A stretch of DNA of 64,000 nucleotides from an uncultured Clostridia bacterium (GCA_947649575.1 CANSRZ010000004.1:2107-66106), one strand, 5' to 3'. Positions 31,423 to 40,299 are shown, counted from the stretch's first letter. Notes: generated from the letters alone by a model not told the origin. Translations and numbers: made by a program.

Positions 31423-31568
31423 AATTTGAATAAACTGATATAAAAAACGCGAAAAATGTAAAAATTTGTATATATTTATATAAATATATACTTAAAAACA
31501 AAGTAACTTTGTGTAAATGTTTGACAAAGTTATCTTTTTTTTGTTAAAATCATATTAAAGGTGATATT

Positions 31569-32699
31569 ATGGCAAAAAATAACAATGTTTTAGTTTTTGA
31601 TATTGGCTCTTCAAAAATCAGGGCAATGGTGGCAAGTCAGGGTGTGAATAACACTTTTATTATCAAGTCACAAGCAAATCTTGACTATGCTGGTTTTTAT
31701 GAGGGGCGTTTTCTGGATGAAGAGGGCTTATTAGATACATTTAATGAAGTGTTGGATATGCTTGATTTTGTTCCAGGCAAGAATAACGATAAAATTTATA
31801 TTGGAGTGCCAGCAGAATTCTCTTCTGTTATCAATACAACGGCATCAATCAATTTTGGAGAAAAGAAGAAAATTAAAAAGAGTGATATAGACACACTTTT
31901 CTATTCTGCAAGCGAAAAGGCAAAAGAAGAAAATGCTGAAATCTTGACAGTTTGTCCAATTTTATATAGATTGGATGAGGGCAGGGTTGTTTCAAATCTT
32001 ATCGGTGAACAAGCTTCCTCAATTTCAGCAGAACTTTCAGTTATCTATGCTGGCAGAGGCTTTATAAGCATATTCAATCAAGTTGTTGGCAATCTTGGCT
32101 TTGAAAGCGTGGAATATATTTCAGAACCGCTCAGCGAGGGACTTTTCTGTTTGAGCGCTGACGAGCGTGAAGATTTAAATATGATTATCAATGTTGGTGA
32201 TCTTACAACCTCAGTTTCATTTGTGAAAGGCGACGGACTTGTCAATTTATATTCATTTTCTTATGGTGGCGGGCATATAACAAATGACCTTTCAGAGGCT
32301 TTCGAACTTTCTCTTCAAGAAGCGGACAAGCTTAAAAGACAAGTCGTGCTATCATTGAAAGGCAAACAGAACGATTTTTATGAACTCATGAGTGACAGCG
32401 GGAAAATATTAAAAATTCCGCTTAACACAGCCAATGAGGTTGTGGGATACAGGTTAGATGCCATTGGCTCAGCAATTGCACAGTGTTTGCAGTTGTTCTC
32501 AAAGGAATATATTCCTTATCTTCCAGTTTCTTTAACAGGAAGTGGGGTTAGCCTTATCAAGGGCGGGCGTGACTATTTGGCTAAATGCCTTGGCAGAAAT
32601 ATATCTTATGGAGTTCCTCCATTGCCAGGCAAAGAAAAACCTCAAAATGCGTCGATTTTGTCATTAGTAGCTTATGCATTGCATAATTCTGATGCATAA
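31569..32699 (+). CDS. ftsA: Cell division protein FtsA (divergent)
   Basis: FDIGSSKI, GGGHITNDLS, EADKLK, LTGSG; directly upstream of ftsZ. Confidence 0.85.
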   Translation: MAKNNNVLVFDIGSSKIRAMVASQGVNNTFIIKSQANLDYAGFYEGRFLDEEGLLDTFNEVLDMLDFVPGKNNDKIYIGVPAEFSSVINTTASINFGEKKKIKKSDIDTLFYSASEKAKEENAEILTVCPILYRLDEGRVVSNLIGEQASSISAELSVIYAGRGFISIFNQVVGNLGFESVEYISEPLSEGLFCLSADEREDLNMIINVGDLTTSVSFVKGDGLVNLYSFSYGGGHITNDLSEAFELSLQEADKLKRQVVLSLKGKQNDFYELMSDSGKILKIPLNTANEVVGYRLDAIGSAIAQCLQLFSKEYIPYLPVSLTGSGVSLIKGGRDYLAKCLGRNISYGVPPLPGKEKPQNASILSLVAYALHNSDA

Positions 32700-32836
32700 A
32701 ATTCAAAAAATATGAAAATTTATGCAAAAATTTTCTGAAAATGTTAAAAATTTCTTGCGTATTTATGCAAAATGTTATAAAATAAGGGTGTAAAAGCGAT
32801 TAACTTACAAATGTTAATCAAAAAAGGAGATATGTT

Positions 32837-34021
32837 ATGGATAGAGATTTAATCAACACTTCATTTGTTAAAATCAAAGTTGTTGGTGTCGGCGGAGCAG
32901 GAAACAACGCTATTAATCGTATGATTGACGCTGGCGTTAGTTCAGCAGAGTTCGTTGCTGTGAACACTGACAAGCAAATTCTTTTGCTTAGCAAGGCTGA
33001 AACAAAACTTCAAATTGGCGACAGACTCACTGGCGGACTTGGAGCGGGCGCTAAGCCTGAAATTGGTCAAAAGGCTGCCGAAGAAAGCAAAAATAATATC
33101 ACTGAAATGCTTAAAGGCACAAATCTTTTGTTTATCACTGCTGGAATGGGTGGCGGAACTGGAACTGGTGCTGCTCCTGTTATTGCTCAGATTGCAAAGG
33201 AAATGGGCATTTTGACAATTGCAGTTATTACAAAACCATTTGATATTGAGGGACCGACAAGAGCTAAAAACGCTGCTGAGGGTCTTGAAAATCTGAGAAA
33301 ATATGTTGACGCACTTGTAGTTATTCCAAATCAAAAACTTTTGCAAGTTGTTCCTAAGAAAACTCCTTTAACTGAAAGCTTCCGTTATGCTGACGATGTT
33401 CTTCGTCAAGGCGTTCAAGGCATTTCTGACCTTATCGTTTTCCCTGGTCTTATCAACCTTGACTTTGCTGATGTTTCAACTATTATGAAAGACAAAGGTC
33501 TTGCTCATATGGGCATTGGCTATGGCACTGGCGATAACAAAGCGCTTGACGCTGTTAAGCAAGCTGTTGCAAGTCCTCTTCTTGAAACAACAATTGAGGG
33601 CGCTACTGGGCTTCTTATCAACATCAAGGGTGGCAATGATTTAACCCAAGATGACCTTTCAGAAGCTGCTGCACTTGTTCGTGAAGTTGTTGACGAAAAC
33701 TGCAACATTATTCTTGGAACAAGTATTGATGAAAATATGCATGACGAGGTTGAAATCACTTTGATTGCAACAGGTTTCCCTTTGGCAACTTTGGAGGAGG
33801 AAAAGTCTAAAGAAGTTGAAAACGCAAGACGTCTTGGCAATCTTGCAACAGATAAAAAGGACACTGGCAGAAATATCTTTGCTGGAATGGCGCAAGCCAA
33901 AGCAGAAGAGAAGCCAGAGGTTTCTGTAAATCCTGCAAATGACACAACTTCTTCAAGAGTGAACGTAAACACTTCTGTTCCACCATGGATTGATAAACTT
34001 AGAAACAAAAACAAAAAATAA
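32837..34021 (+). CDS. ftsZ: Cell division protein FtsZ
   Basis: [30 protein letters not shown]. Confidence 0.99.
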   Translation: MDRDLINTSFVKIKVVGVGGAGNNAINRMIDAGVSSAEFVAVNTDKQILLLSKAETKLQIGDRLTGGLGAGAKPEIGQKAAEESKNNITEMLKGTNLLFITAGMGGGTGTGAAPVIAQIAKEMGILTIAVITKPFDIEGPTRAKNAAEGLENLRKYVDALVVIPNQKLLQVVPKKTPLTESFRYADDVLRQGVQGISDLIVFPGLINLDFADVSTIMKDKGLAHMGIGYGTGDNKALDAVKQAVASPLLETTIEGATGLLINIKGGNDLTQDDLSEAAALVREVVDENCNIILGTSIDENMHDEVEITLIATGFPLATLEEEKSKEVENARRLGNLATDKKDTGRNIFAGMAQAKAEEKPEVSVNPANDTTSSRVNVNTSVPPWIDKLRNKNKK

Positions 34022-34420
34022 CAAGCCTAACGCTTGGCGACTGTCTTATAGCTATTTTTAAATCCAAACCGCATTCGTTCATAGCAACCAGTTGTTGCAC
34101 GACTGTCTTATGGGCAGATTCAGACAAAAACTTTGTTCGTTCATAACAAGCCTAACGCTTGGCGCGAACCAAATGTTTGACGAGTGTCTGCATACTGTAT
34201 TTTAAAAAAACCTAATTTATTCTTTAAAAGAAAACATAACTGTTTTCTTGCATGCCTAAACAAATAGAAAGTGCCATTGGCACACGCTTGGCGATTGCGA
34301 GAATGAATAGGGAATAAGCTTGTTGCGCTAGTTTATTAGCGACCAGACAAAGTACTGATTTGTTATGTTTGAAAATAAAATTAATCCGTTTATGAAAGAC
34401 CCAAGCGATTGACGAGTTAT
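34019..34420 (+). repeat. Family A array beginning at the ftsZ stop codon
   Basis: GACTGTCTTA at 34039 and 34101, CGTTCA at 34076 and 34138 (62-bp period); degenerate modules at 34259-34300 and 34385-34420. Confidence 0.8.
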
Positions 34421-34441
34421 AAATGTAAATACTTTATAAAT

Positions 34442-34466
34442 AAAAAGTGGCAATGCCACTTTTTTT
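34442..34466 (+). terminator. Intrinsic terminator after the ftsZ region
   Basis: AAAAAGTGGC-AAT-GCCACTTTTTTT. Confidence 0.8.
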
Positions 34467-34517
34467 GTTGCCTAAAACTTTTTGACTTTTAACAAGATAA
34501 GTGATTTTAACTTTTTT

Positions 34518-34563
34518 TTCGTCAATTTTTGCTTAGGATGCGATGTTTATAATTTTGTATAAT
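34518..34563 (+). promoter_or_regulatory. spoIIG promoter region with a reverse-orientation Spo0A box
   Basis: TTCGTCA (reverse TGNCGAA) at 34518-34524; TATAAT at 34548 and 34558. Confidence 0.55.
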
Positions 34564-34582
34564 TGCTATGTAAGGAGAAATT

Positions 34583-35392
34583 ATGAAAATTTTGATTGAA
34601 CTTAGTTTGATTATAAATATTTTGGTCAATTTTTTTATCCTTAAATGTACAAGTGCCAGCTTGAAAATTAAGTGTAAGTTTGCTTTTCTTTCTTCCATGC
34701 TTGGCGCAATCATTGCTTTGATTGTTCCAATGTTCAACATCAGCGTTGTAGTAAATTTAATTATTCAAGTTTTGCTGTCAAGCGCAATGTGCCTGATTTG
34801 TTTTGAAATCAAGCCATTTAAAAAGTTCTTGGTGACTTATGCAATTTTCTTTGGCTATACTTTTATGTTTGGCGGAGCATGTTACGCTGTCAGCAATGTG
34901 TTCGGACAAATTCCGCTTGTGGCAGTTTTGTGCGTAGCAGGTGTTGGCTATATTATCAGCCAACTTGTAATCAAATATCAAAACAAAATTAAGAGGCTTA
35001 GGCAGTTTTCTTTTAAGGTCGTTTTGCATGTTGGTGAAAAAATTATTGAGGAAGAGGGCTTTTTGGATAGTGGCAATGTGCTTTATGACCCAATTACAAA
35101 CAAGCCAATAATTTTGATAACCTATGATGTTTTCAGTCAACTATATTCGGACATCAACTATGTAACTGCCTATTGTAAGCAGGTTGACACCAAAAAAATA
35201 GGCAATGCGCATTATGTTAAAATCAACACGGTTGCAAGCGGAACATCCATTTTGGTGTTTACGGCAAAGCAGTTAGAGATTTTTGAGGGGGAGCAAAAGC
35301 GTAATTTTGAAAATGTTTCGGTAGGGTTAAGTTTTTCTGGATTTGATAAAGCTTTGGGCAAAAAAATATTATTACATCGAGAATTTGCTTAA
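34583..35392 (+). CDS. spoIIGA: Pro-sigmaE processing aspartic protease SpoIIGA
   Basis: Multi-TM N-terminus; GFLDSGNVLYDPIT; lies between ftsZ and sigE. Confidence 0.92.
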   Translation: MKILIELSLIINILVNFFILKCTSASLKIKCKFAFLSSMLGAIIALIVPMFNISVVVNLIIQVLLSSAMCLICFEIKPFKKFLVTYAIFFGYTFMFGGACYAVSNVFGQIPLVAVLCVAGVGYIISQLVIKYQNKIKRLRQFSFKVVLHVGEKIIEEEGFLDSGNVLYDPITNKPIILITYDVFSQLYSDINYVTAYCKQVDTKKIGNAHYVKINTVASGTSILVFTAKQLEIFEGEQKRNFENVSVGLSFSGFDKALGKKILLHREFA

Positions 35393-35404
35393 AAAGGAGG
35401 TAAA

Positions 35405-36139
35405 ATGAGCATAATTTGGATTAAATTTAAGATATTTTTATATAATCTTTTTCACAAAGGCAGAAAATTAAATTTAAGAAATATAGTTTGTTTTGTCTGT
35501 GGCAATGAGGAATTGCCTCGGCCGCTTAGTGACGATGACGAAACTAAACTGCTTTTAGAAAAAGAAAATGGAGTGCCAGGTGCAATTGAAAAACTAGTAG
35601 AACACAACCTGAGGCTTGTTGTGTATATCGCTAAAAAGTTCGACGGTGCAGGCATTGAGTTTGAAGATTTGATTTCGATTGGTGCAATTGGATTGATTAA
35701 GGCGGTTAAAACTTTTAATATGGACAAGAAAATCAAACTTGCAACCTATGCTTCGCGTTGTATTGAAAATGAAATTTTAATGCAATTACGCAAACTTTCC
35801 AAAGTTAAGCAGGATATAAGTTTGGAAAAACCATTGTTCGATGACGGTGACGGCAATGAAATGCTTGTGGCGGATGTAATTGTTAATGAGGAAGACAGCG
35901 TGGATAAATCAATGGATTTATCGGCTGATAAAAAAATTGTTTATGACTTGATTTCAAATTTGAACACACGTGAGCAAGAGATTATGATTCTCCGCTTTGG
36001 ACTTGCAGGACAGGATGAGCTAACTCAGCGCGAAGTTGCGGATAAGCTTGGAATAAGCCAAAGTTACATTTCTCGTATTGAGAAAAAAATCTTAGCAGAT
36101 ATGAAAACTAAACTTGAAAAACAATCTTATTATTATTAA
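35405..36139 (+). CDS. sigE: Sporulation sigma factor E (pro-sigmaE)
   Basis: HNLRLVVYIAKKF, KIKLATYASRCIENEILM, LGISQSYISRIEK; N-terminal pro-sequence. Confidence 0.96.
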   Translation: MSIIWIKFKIFLYNLFHKGRKLNLRNIVCFVCGNEELPRPLSDDDETKLLLEKENGVPGAIEKLVEHNLRLVVYIAKKFDGAGIEFEDLISIGAIGLIKAVKTFNMDKKIKLATYASRCIENEILMQLRKLSKVKQDISLEKPLFDDGDGNEMLVADVIVNEEDSVDKSMDLSADKKIVYDLISNLNTREQEIMILRFGLAGQDELTQREVADKLGISQSYISRIEKKILADMKTKLEKQSYYY

Positions 36140-36252
36140 AAATTGCCAATCGGCATTTTTTTTATTTCTTGCTGTCAAGGTGCCAATGGCACATTTTAGG
36201 GAATAAAAAGAAAGTGGCATTGACACATAGCTCCAACGTTAATTAATAAAAA

Positions 36253-36335
36253 ACCCGCGAAGCCTGATATTGGCGGAAACGAAAAAAAGTTTGAACTTTC
36301 TTTTAATTTTAGTTAACGACTCCCTCGTGTCAAAA
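36253..36335 (+). repeat. Degenerate upstream duplicate of the promoter cassette
   Basis: ACCCGCGAAG as at 47231; GGAAACGAAAAAAAGTTT (36275-36292) identical to 2522-2539; no intact -35 or G tract. Confidence 0.65.
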
Positions 36336-36350
36336 ATCCATAAATAACCT

Positions 36351-36438
36351 GCGAAGCCTTGCTTTGTTCCCGTGTCAACTGAAAATAATTTAACTTTGTT
36401 TAAGAATTAGTTGACACGGGGGGGGGATTTGCTATACT
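36351..36438 (+). promoter_or_regulatory. Poly-G promoter cassette, copy 2 (G9, 16-bp spacer)
   Basis: IR CCCGTGTCAACT(36369-36380)/AGTTGACACGGG(36409-36420); TTGACA 36411, TATACT 36433. Confidence 0.85.
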
Positions 36439-36551
36439 GATTTTGAAAATATAATTCAATTGTAAAAATAATCCAAAAATAGCGTAATTCATTATGAAAT
36501 TTTTGATAAAAATGCTACAATTGGTTTATGATAAAGTTGGAGGTCTAACCT

Positions 36552-38909
36552 ATGAAAAAATCTTTAAATAAAAAGAAATTAACCTCATGGCTGGCAGGCG
36601 GACTATCAGCCCTCGGTGTATTGGCCTTAACCTGTGGCTTAGTCTTTGGTCTGGATGAGGCTTTGGATAAAAAAGAAACAAATGGAATAACTGAATTTGA
36701 CACATGGTCAAATGTATTTGTTGGTGAGTTATACAATGGAGATAACAAATTTAATTCAAGTTTTAATCAGTTAATGCAGTATCTTTCGGGAGATTCAACG
36801 GCATCGGCATCAAATATGAATAAAATATCGACAATGGCAACAACAAAAAGCAATGCTTCTGTTTTTCGTGATAAGGCTATAGCAGATAAAACCTCTGGTT
36901 TAGATATTACAGTAACTTTGGGAGGTTTGAAATGGCAGGCTATGTATTTGTCAAAAGATAAAGATAATAATGACATACTGACATTATGGTTATCTAATAG
37001 TAATCAAGCTGCATTTGTAGAACGAGATTCAACAGAAGGGAATTATCATGGTTTTATTAACGGAGGGCTTTACTCAAGTTGGTCAGGCAACTGGTATAAT
37101 GAAGATGCTTCAATTGCATATCCGTCAAATATGTATGGAACAAGTTATGTTCGAGCAATTACATTAAATAATGGTGGTTTATGGACAGAGGGCTCTGGTA
37201 ACACAACGAACATTAATAGTTATGAAGCAGAAAAAAGCTATAGCAGTGTTTTTGCACCATTTACAATGGGAGAACTTGCAGAATATATTGTAACACCAGA
37301 GAATATATCTTGGCAAGAATATCAAAGCGGTAAAGATACGCAAAACACTAACAATAATAATTCAAATGATGCATGGTCAAACAGTATGCCAGATAATGGA
37401 TTTTATTCATCTAGTTGTAATTATGCTCATAAAAATGGTAATGATAATTGGAAAAATGACAAACTTTGGCTACCAAGTATTACTGAGGTAGGTAGACCAG
37501 GTTACACGACGGGTATATGGGGAGTTTCTACTGATCAACTTATGAATTATGATGGTTCTACAAGTTCTTCAATTGGCAATGTAGGCGTTTTTCAAAAATC
37601 ATCTTTCCCAGGCTCATTATTGCGTTCTGGTGGCAGTAATAGTGCTTTTAGAAACTCTGTGATTGCAACAAATGCTCTATCACTTTATAGTGTTTATGTA
37701 CATAATTCTTATGCTGTACGGCCAGCGCTTCATCTCAATTTGACAAAAATAGCTCCGAATGTTTTACCTCCAACAAATTGGAATGAAATTGCAGACACTT
37801 CATGGTCTGGTGAAGGCACTGAGGCAAGCCCTTATCTCGTTGACTCGGCTGAAAAGTTGGCGGGGCTGGCAGCTAAGTGCGTTAACAATGATTTGCTGGA
37901 GGGTAAATATTTTAAACAAACTGCCGATATCTCGCTCGGCGGCTATGACTGGACTCCGATTGGACTAAATTCTTCAAAAGCATTCAAGGGAATATATGAT
38001 GGCGGCGGCTATCATATAAGTAATATTATTTTGAATGAATTAAGTACAGGCGACTTAGGTTTGTTTGGATATGTAAGTTCTGTAATCATTAAAAATGTAA
38101 ATATAGTTGAATGCTATTTAAAAAACCAATCATCTGATTATGTTACAGTTGGCTCAATAGCTGGATATTTAGCTCAAGGTGGAATTATTGAAAACTGTTC
38201 ATCAAATGCAAAAATAAAAGTAGGTAGTGAGGCAACATATGTATGTGCTGGTGGAATTGTTGGCGCTGCAGGAACTGACACAAATGTTGAAAATTGTGTT
38301 TTTACTGGGACTATAAATATTATGACAGCAAATTCTCAAGTAGGTGGAATTGCAGGCTATTTTGATAGTGTTAATAATTATATTAAGAATTGTAATGTAA
38401 CGAGTGCTAGTATCACAGGTGGAACTTGCGGTGGAATTGTTGGCAGTTTAGGAGAAAACTCAAAAGTAAAACTTTGTATGCTTTCTGGAGTGGCTATTGA
38501 GGGGTTTAGTAGAGTTGGAGGTGTGGCAGGACAGTCTCGTGCAAACAGCGTTATTGAAAGCACTTTGATTAGAACAAATATTTATATTGATGATAACTCA
38601 ATTAGTACAGGTGGTGTGGTTGGCTTTTTGCTTGGAGCTACAACAATTACAAATTGTTCAGTTTTGAGTGGAAGCAACTTTGATATTGAAGTTTTCTATG
38701 GCGGTGAAACAGTGCCAACAATTAATAATTGCTATGGAATTATGAATACCTCAAAAGTTTATAAAGGTACAGACTTCTCAGGTTTTGGAATTGTCGCTGG
38801 CATGAACAATGGCTTGCCTATGCAGAGAGAGTTGTTCTTTATGGCTGAGGTTGCTCCTACTTTTGATGTTGGTTGGTTTGCAGAAAACGGATTTACTAAG
38901 GTCGCATAA
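36552..38909 (+). CDS. Surface GLUG-motif protein 2, located between sigE and sigG
   Basis: Leader similar to protein 1; unrelated N-terminal domain ending YAVRPALHLNL; WSGEGTEASPYLVDSAEKLAG module; shared C-terminal tail. Confidence 0.85.
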   Translation: MKKSLNKKKLTSWLAGGLSALGVLALTCGLVFGLDEALDKKETNGITEFDTWSNVFVGELYNGDNKFNSSFNQLMQYLSGDSTASASNMNKISTMATTKSNASVFRDKAIADKTSGLDITVTLGGLKWQAMYLSKDKDNNDILTLWLSNSNQAAFVERDSTEGNYHGFINGGLYSSWSGNWYNEDASIAYPSNMYGTSYVRAITLNNGGLWTEGSGNTTNINSYEAEKSYSSVFAPFTMGELAEYIVTPENISWQEYQSGKDTQNTNNNNSNDAWSNSMPDNGFYSSSCNYAHKNGNDNWKNDKLWLPSITEVGRPGYTTGIWGVSTDQLMNYDGSTSSSIGNVGVFQKSSFPGSLLRSGGSNSAFRNSVIATNALSLYSVYVHNSYAVRPALHLNLTKIAPNVLPPTNWNEIADTSWSGEGTEASPYLVDSAEKLAGLAAKCVNNDLLEGKYFKQTADISLGGYDWTPIGLNSSKAFKGIYDGGGYHISNIILNELSTGDLGLFGYVSSVIIKNVNIVECYLKNQSSDYVTVGSIAGYLAQGGIIENCSSNAKIKVGSEATYVCAGGIVGAAGTDTNVENCVFTGTINIMTANSQVGGIAGYFDSVNNYIKNCNVTSASITGGTCGGIVGSLGENSKVKLCMLSGVAIEGFSRVGGVAGQSRANSVIESTLIRTNIYIDDNSISTGGVVGFLLGATTITNCSVLSGSNFDIEVFYGGETVPTINNCYGIMNTSKVYKGTDFSGFGIVAGMNNGLPMQRELFFMAEVAPTFDVGWFAENGFTKVA

Positions 38910-38950
38910 AAGTGGTATGAGTTTTTCAGTTGTTTAAACATTAAATTTAA

Positions 38951-38980
38951 AGGTGCTTATGTAAAATAAGCACTTTTTTT
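38951..38980 (+). terminator. Terminator after GLUG gene 2
   Basis: AGGTGCTTAT-GTAAA-ATAAGCACTTTTTTT. Confidence 0.75.
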
Positions 38981-38986
38981 GTCGAA
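38980..38986 (+). promoter_or_regulatory. Perfect Spo0A-box match upstream of sigG
   Basis: TGTCGAA; a single 7-mer could occur by chance. Confidence 0.35.
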
Positions 38987-39050
38987 TTGGGGAGGCGGTT
39001 GTATAGTTTTTGAAAAGAAGCCAAACATATCTTTTGATATGGAGGGTTTT

Positions 39051-39839
39051 ATGGGTGCCAGGGTTTTTATTGCGGGCGTTGATACTTCTAAACTACCAAA
39101 GGTTAAAAATGATGATTTGATTGAAATGATGAAAAAGGTTAAGGCGGGCGATCAGGTTGCTAGGGATAATTTTGTGGTGGCAAACTTAAGGCTTGTGCTT
39201 TCTGTTGTTCACAGATTTGGCGGTTACGGTGAAAAAGCTGATGATATGTTTCAGGTGGGTTGTGTCGGACTTATGAAAGCGATTGACAATTTTGATGAAA
39301 CCTTAAATGTGCGATTTTCCACCTATGCGGTGCCAATGATTATTGGCGAAATCCGCAGATATTTGCGAGATAACAATTCTGTTAGGGTATCAAGGAGTTT
39401 GCGTGATGTGGCATACAAAGCTTTGCAAGCAAAGGAAGAACTTTCAAAAAACAATTCTTCTGGCGAGCCAAGTATTGAAGAGATTGCAAAGCATATTGAG
39501 GTATCTCCTAAAATGGTGACCTTTGCCTTGGATGCAATAAGCGAAACACTGTCTTTAAGCGACCCTGTTTATAACGATGGCGGAGATACAATTGCGCTTA
39601 TGGATCAAATTGCAGACACAAAAAACACTGACGAGGCTTTGCAAGAAAAAATTTCAATCAAGGATGCTATTAAGACCTTGTCAGTTCGTGAAAAAGAAAT
39701 TTTGTTGATGAGATATTATGTTGGTAAAACGCAGATGGAGGTCAGCGAAGAGATTGGCATAAGCCAAGCGCAGGTTTCGCGTCTTGAAAAAAATGCGCTT
39801 CAATCGATTGAGCAGTATCTTAAGGTTACTGAAGTTTAA
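39051..39839 (+). CDS. sigG: Sporulation sigma factor G
   Basis: VFIAGVDTSKLP, FSTYAVPMIIGEIRRYLRDN, GKTQMEVSEEIGISQAQVSRLEK. Confidence 0.97.
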   Translation: MGARVFIAGVDTSKLPKVKNDDLIEMMKKVKAGDQVARDNFVVANLRLVLSVVHRFGGYGEKADDMFQVGCVGLMKAIDNFDETLNVRFSTYAVPMIIGEIRRYLRDNNSVRVSRSLRDVAYKALQAKEELSKNNSSGEPSIEEIAKHIEVSPKMVTFALDAISETLSLSDPVYNDGGDTIALMDQIADTKNTDEALQEKISIKDAIKTLSVREKEILLMRYYVGKTQMEVSEEIGISQAQVSRLEKNALQSIEQYLKVTEV

Positions 39840-39849
39840 TAAAAAATTG

Positions 39850-39878
39850 TCATATTATGTTTAAACATGTCATAAAAT
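39850..39878 (+). promoter_or_regulatory. sigmaE promoter for ylmC
   Basis: TCATATT ... CATAAAAT (ATA-16 bp-CATA). Confidence 0.7.
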
Positions 39879-39884
39879 TAAGAT

Positions 39885-40172
39885 GTGGAAAGTTCATTTT
39901 TAGAGTTAAGGTGTAAAGAAGTTGTAAATGTTGTTGACGGCAGAAGGCTGGGACATATTGTTGATATGGTTTTTGACCTGGCGTCAGCACGAATTCTGGG
40001 GCTTGTTGTGCCTGGTGAAAAATCTTTTTGGAATGTGTTCAAGAATGGCAATCAATTGTTTATTCCTTTTTCTTGCATTTGCAAAATAGGGGATGATACA
40101 ATTTTGGTGGAATTGCATTCTTCAGCACCACCTCAAAACCCATATATTTTATCAAGTCCGAAAAAAGAATAA
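39885..40172 (+). CDS. ylmC: YlmC/YmxH family sporulation protein (PRC barrel)
   Basis: ELRCKEVVNVVDGRRLG, IPFSCICKIGDDTILV; follows sigG. Confidence 0.92.
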   Translation: MESSFLELRCKEVVNVVDGRRLGHIVDMVFDLASARILGLVVPGEKSFWNVFKNGNQLFIPFSCICKIGDDTILVELHSSAPPQNPYILSSPKKE

Positions 40173-40184
40173 GTGATTTATTGT

Positions 40185-40268
40185 TTACTTTTCTTTTAAA
40201 GAAAAGTAACAAAAGAATATTAAACAAAGCCCGTTACTGTTAAAATTGTAACAGTAACGGGCTTTGTT
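40185..40268 (+). repeat. Family B element after ylmC; may also act as a terminator between convergent genes
   Basis: TTACTTTTCTTT-T-AAAGAAAAGTAA head, then a perfect 20-bp stem 40223-40242/40249-40268. Confidence 0.75.
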
Positions 40269-40299
40269 GACATTAATTTTTAAATTTCCTAAATCATTG

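Noticed and set aside
36361-36420. c-di-GMP-I riboswitch (minus-strand GGGAACAAAGC resembles GGGACGCAAAGC) or an integron attC site
   Set aside because: The other riboswitch elements are missing and it is antisense to the gene; the arms do not fit RYYYAAC/GTTRRRY and there is no integrase.
36552-38909. Complete diversity-generating retroelement or shufflon
   Set aside because: No reverse transcriptase, template/variable repeat pair, recombinase or inverted partial gene copies are visible in the window.
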